From Sulfolobaceae archaeon (lineage in GTDB: Archaea; Thermoproteota; Thermoprotei_A; Sulfolobales; Sulfolobaceae), in the NCBI GenBank assembly GCA_038893355.1, contig JAWARQ010000001.1, positions 272,556 through 336,555 on the forward strand: DNA of 64,000 bases, in the 5' to 3' direction. The notes under the pieces are model-generated. The model was not told the DNA's origin. It saw only the letters and a list, made by a program, of their open reading frames with translations, and made no database searches. Below, one piece after another: positions 61,670 through 64,000 of the stretch (position 1 is its first letter; every line of letters starts with the position of its first letter). The translations under genes were made by a program, and so were the position numbers.

Positions 61670-62517
61670 GAAGTTGCAATAACAGAAACTTTAACTATCT
61701 GTCCATTAGATAAATTCAATGAGATCGTATAAGTATTACCAACTATTAACCCAGTTATTCCCTGAAACTTTATTGTAATATTATTACTCCCTTCCACCAA
61801 AACATTTGGGTTTATTTGCTCTATTTGAGCTAGGACAGTTGTACCTTCTATCAGTGCACTAAGTATTCTAATGTCCTTCTGATTTGAGTATAGCGTAAAA
61901 GTTGCTGTTCCGTCTGGTCTGATACTACCAAAACCTACTTGATAAATTAGTATAGCCTGAGGCTGAGAAGTTGGAGGAATTTGTGGGGGGACTCCGGTAA
62001 TCCTTCTCATTACGTCATCCACTGCAACATAGGTCAAAATCCATCCTATGAAGGAAATAGGGGGAATTATTTCTATTATTCCTCCTATCTTTAATAAGTC
62101 ATTATTATAGAATTTTCCTAAATTATATAACGAGAGCCCTATAAATAATTCCCCCAGAAACAGTATTATAAAGCCTATAACGAGAAGAACTCCGCTAGCC
62201 AAGATTAGTACTGGTATTGTGAATAAGAATATTAACGCTAGAACTCCAGCTATGAACTCTATTACTACACCCCAAATGATAAAGTTTGTACCAGATATAC
62301 CTCTTTGGACATCCTTACCAGTTGATGCAAAAATCTGAAAGGACTCCTTAAGTCTTGGTATTGCTATTATTATGAATAACACTAATGCAATTATACCGGC
62401 TATTGCCCCGAATATTGAAAACACACCTATTGCCGCTAATAGAGTTGCTATTATAAACCAGAGCGATGCATCTTTTAAAAGCTGTAGTGCTCTGATATCT
62501 GGATTTTGTTGAGACAT
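61663..62517 (-). CDS. DUF973-like membrane protein
   Basis: Several TM helices, a Pro/Gln linker and a C-terminal beta domain starting YQVGFGSI. Confidence 0.7.
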   Translation of the reverse strand: MSQQNPDIRALQLLKDASLWFIIATLLAAIGVFSIFGAIAGIIALVLFIIIAIPRLKESFQIFASTGKDVQRGISGTNFIIWGVVIEFIAGVLALIFLFTIPVLILASGVLLVIGFIILFLGELFIGLSLYNLGKFYNNDLLKIGGIIEIIPPISFIGWILTYVAVDDVMRRITGVPPQIPPTSQPQAILIYQVGFGSIRPDGTATFTLYSNQKDIRILSALIEGTTVLAQIEQINPNVLVEGSNNITIKFQGITGLIVGNTYTISLNLSNGQIVKVSVIATSQ

Positions 62518-62663
62518 ACCTCTATCTCTATCATAGCTTATTTAAGTCTTATTGTTATCAATGATTATTAAAATATTATCTTTAATATAATTACGAACTA
62601 CTACTTATTTAAGGTTGCATGATAAAACGAACAACAATCCTCACCCTTTATGGGGTTTGGGCT

Positions 62664-63963
62664 TCATCGAATTTTCATGAATTTGAATCCAATTCTCAGC
62701 CCTTGGGCTTCACCAGAGTAACGGGGCAGTGCCCCACTCATCCCCCTCCGCCCCTTTAGCGGGATAACCCCAACCCACACCCGTGGAATATCACGGATAT
62801 GGGGGAACCCGCACATCTTGAGGAATACGTTTAAAGACGCGTTTAATTGCCTATCTAGAGTGAACCCACACCTCTCACACCTAAAAGTCCTGCCTACCTT
62901 TCGGGAAACCCATCCACATCTGGGGCAGGACTTGGAGGTGAGGTGCGGGTTCACCTCCTTTACGAAGGAACCATAAAGTGGAGCCTTATATTTTAGTACA
63001 CGATGTATAGTCCTCCATACAGTCCTCGAAATCTTCTTAGAGAGGGAATCATTTACGTCCTCAAACATCTCTTTTTTGTTTAACTTCTCAACAGCGAACA
63101 GTGTGAGAGGGTAAATCTCTAGCAAATTGTTAACGAACTTGTGGATATAATCCAGTACACGGTTCCTCTCACGGTGAGAGTACTTCTTCATAAGTTCTTT
63201 ACCCTTCTTACCGTGCTTTGAGGCGAAGGACTGAACCCTACCCCTCTTCAACTGCATACCGTACTTCAAACTGTATAGTCCCTTAATGGAGAACGTGATG
63301 AACTTATCACCATCATAGGCCTAGTGTGTAAAGGTTGCTATCAATTGCTAGGAAATCTAGGGGAGTAGACCAAGGTAATTTATAACGGAACGGTAAGTAT
63401 GCCTTGTCCTCCTTAATTATTGGCTCACCTAACTCAAGTCCCTTAACTCTCCTTGAAAACCAAGTGTGAGACCAAGGGAAGGTAATGTACTCGTAAGGTT
63501 TTACAGTAATCCTTACGCTCTCACCCTCAACTTTCCTAAGGGTTGATTTTACCCTAACGTAAATCTTCTTCAGTCTAGGTTTCCTTAATGATGCTTGCCC
63601 CTTTTCAGCCCTTCTTTTCCAACTCTTCAATATTGAGTAAGTGTCGTTTATTGCTTTATCCATGTAATGGGAAGCTAGAACGTTAATCTTCTCTAGTTCA
63701 TCCCTGAGCTCCTTGTATACTTCTTTCTTCTTTGGTAAGGTTATTTTGACCTTCGTGAAAATTTTCTTACCTTTCTTTACTTCTTTCTTCTCTACTTTAG
63801 TCCTCTCCCATAACTGGTCTAGTGCTTTCTGTAGTAGGATTTTGTAGTTTTCTAGTAATATCTTGCTCTCCTTCTTCTTATTGTTCTTTATGGAGTATGT
63901 TAGGTATACGTATTTTTTCCCTTCTTCTGGTTTGAATTTTTTAAGCCTTAAGTTCCTCAACAC
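62664..63963 (-). pseudogene. tnpB: TnpB split by a frameshift near 63320
   Basis: Two ORFs join into one TnpB (AIDSN, AVEKL, TSKSCPRCG..CERCG, DRQLNAS). CTA-G-GCC-TAT suggests 2 nt lost from one codon. Confidence 0.88.
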
Positions 63964-64000
63964 ATTTCTTTACCTTCTCGTATTTATTACTCCTCATTCC
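63941..64000 (-). CDS. tnpA: IS607 serine-recombinase TnpA, C-terminal fragment
   Basis: Reads GMRSNKYEKVKKCVEELKA*, matching the IS607 TnpA tail (LYGxRS motif). The stop lies inside the tnpB 5' end. Confidence 0.8.
   Translation of the reverse strand, partial: GMRSNKYEKVKKCVEELKA

Larger units (their letters stand above)
62652..64000 (-). mobile_element. IS607-family insertion sequence (tnpA-tnpB), left part beyond the window
   Basis: The TnpA C-terminus overlaps tnpB; GC content is higher than the flanks. The right end is placed tentatively at GAAGCCCAAACCCC. Confidence 0.85.

Overview
AT-rich archaeal chromosome segment with Sulfolobales-type gene content (crenarchaeal ribosomal cluster with rpo3 and rpo10, ArgX, IDI-2, GGPP synthase, AglH, two-subunit OFOR). 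Positions 1-55.4 kb are mostly core genome: the purQ(3' end)-purL-purF-purF2-purD-purM cluster, argG-argH-carA-carB-argX, a ferritin-encapsulin fusion, dnaG-tyrS, the S13-S4-S11-rpo3-L18e-L13-S9-rpo10-S2 cluster, pheS/pheT, map, 5S rRNA, fni-gds-aglH, tRNA-Pro(UGG), a ubiquitin-like/TtuA pair, tRNA-Lys(UUU) with a non-canonical intron, pyk and OFOR. A small accessory patch at about 55.8-57.9 kb holds the best novelty candidate: a three-repeat small protein (with a perfect 80-bp DNA duplication) translationally coupled to a retropepsin-like aspartic protease. On the minus strand this pair lies downstream of a hairpin-rich non-coding stretch and a wHTH gene whose promoter carries a palindromic operator candidate. 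The window ends in an IS607-family element with a frameshifted tnpB. Features missing from the ORF track include a 52-aa ribbon-helix-helix gene, the purQ and tnpA fragments and three RNA genes. All family calls come from motif recognition by eye; no searches were run.
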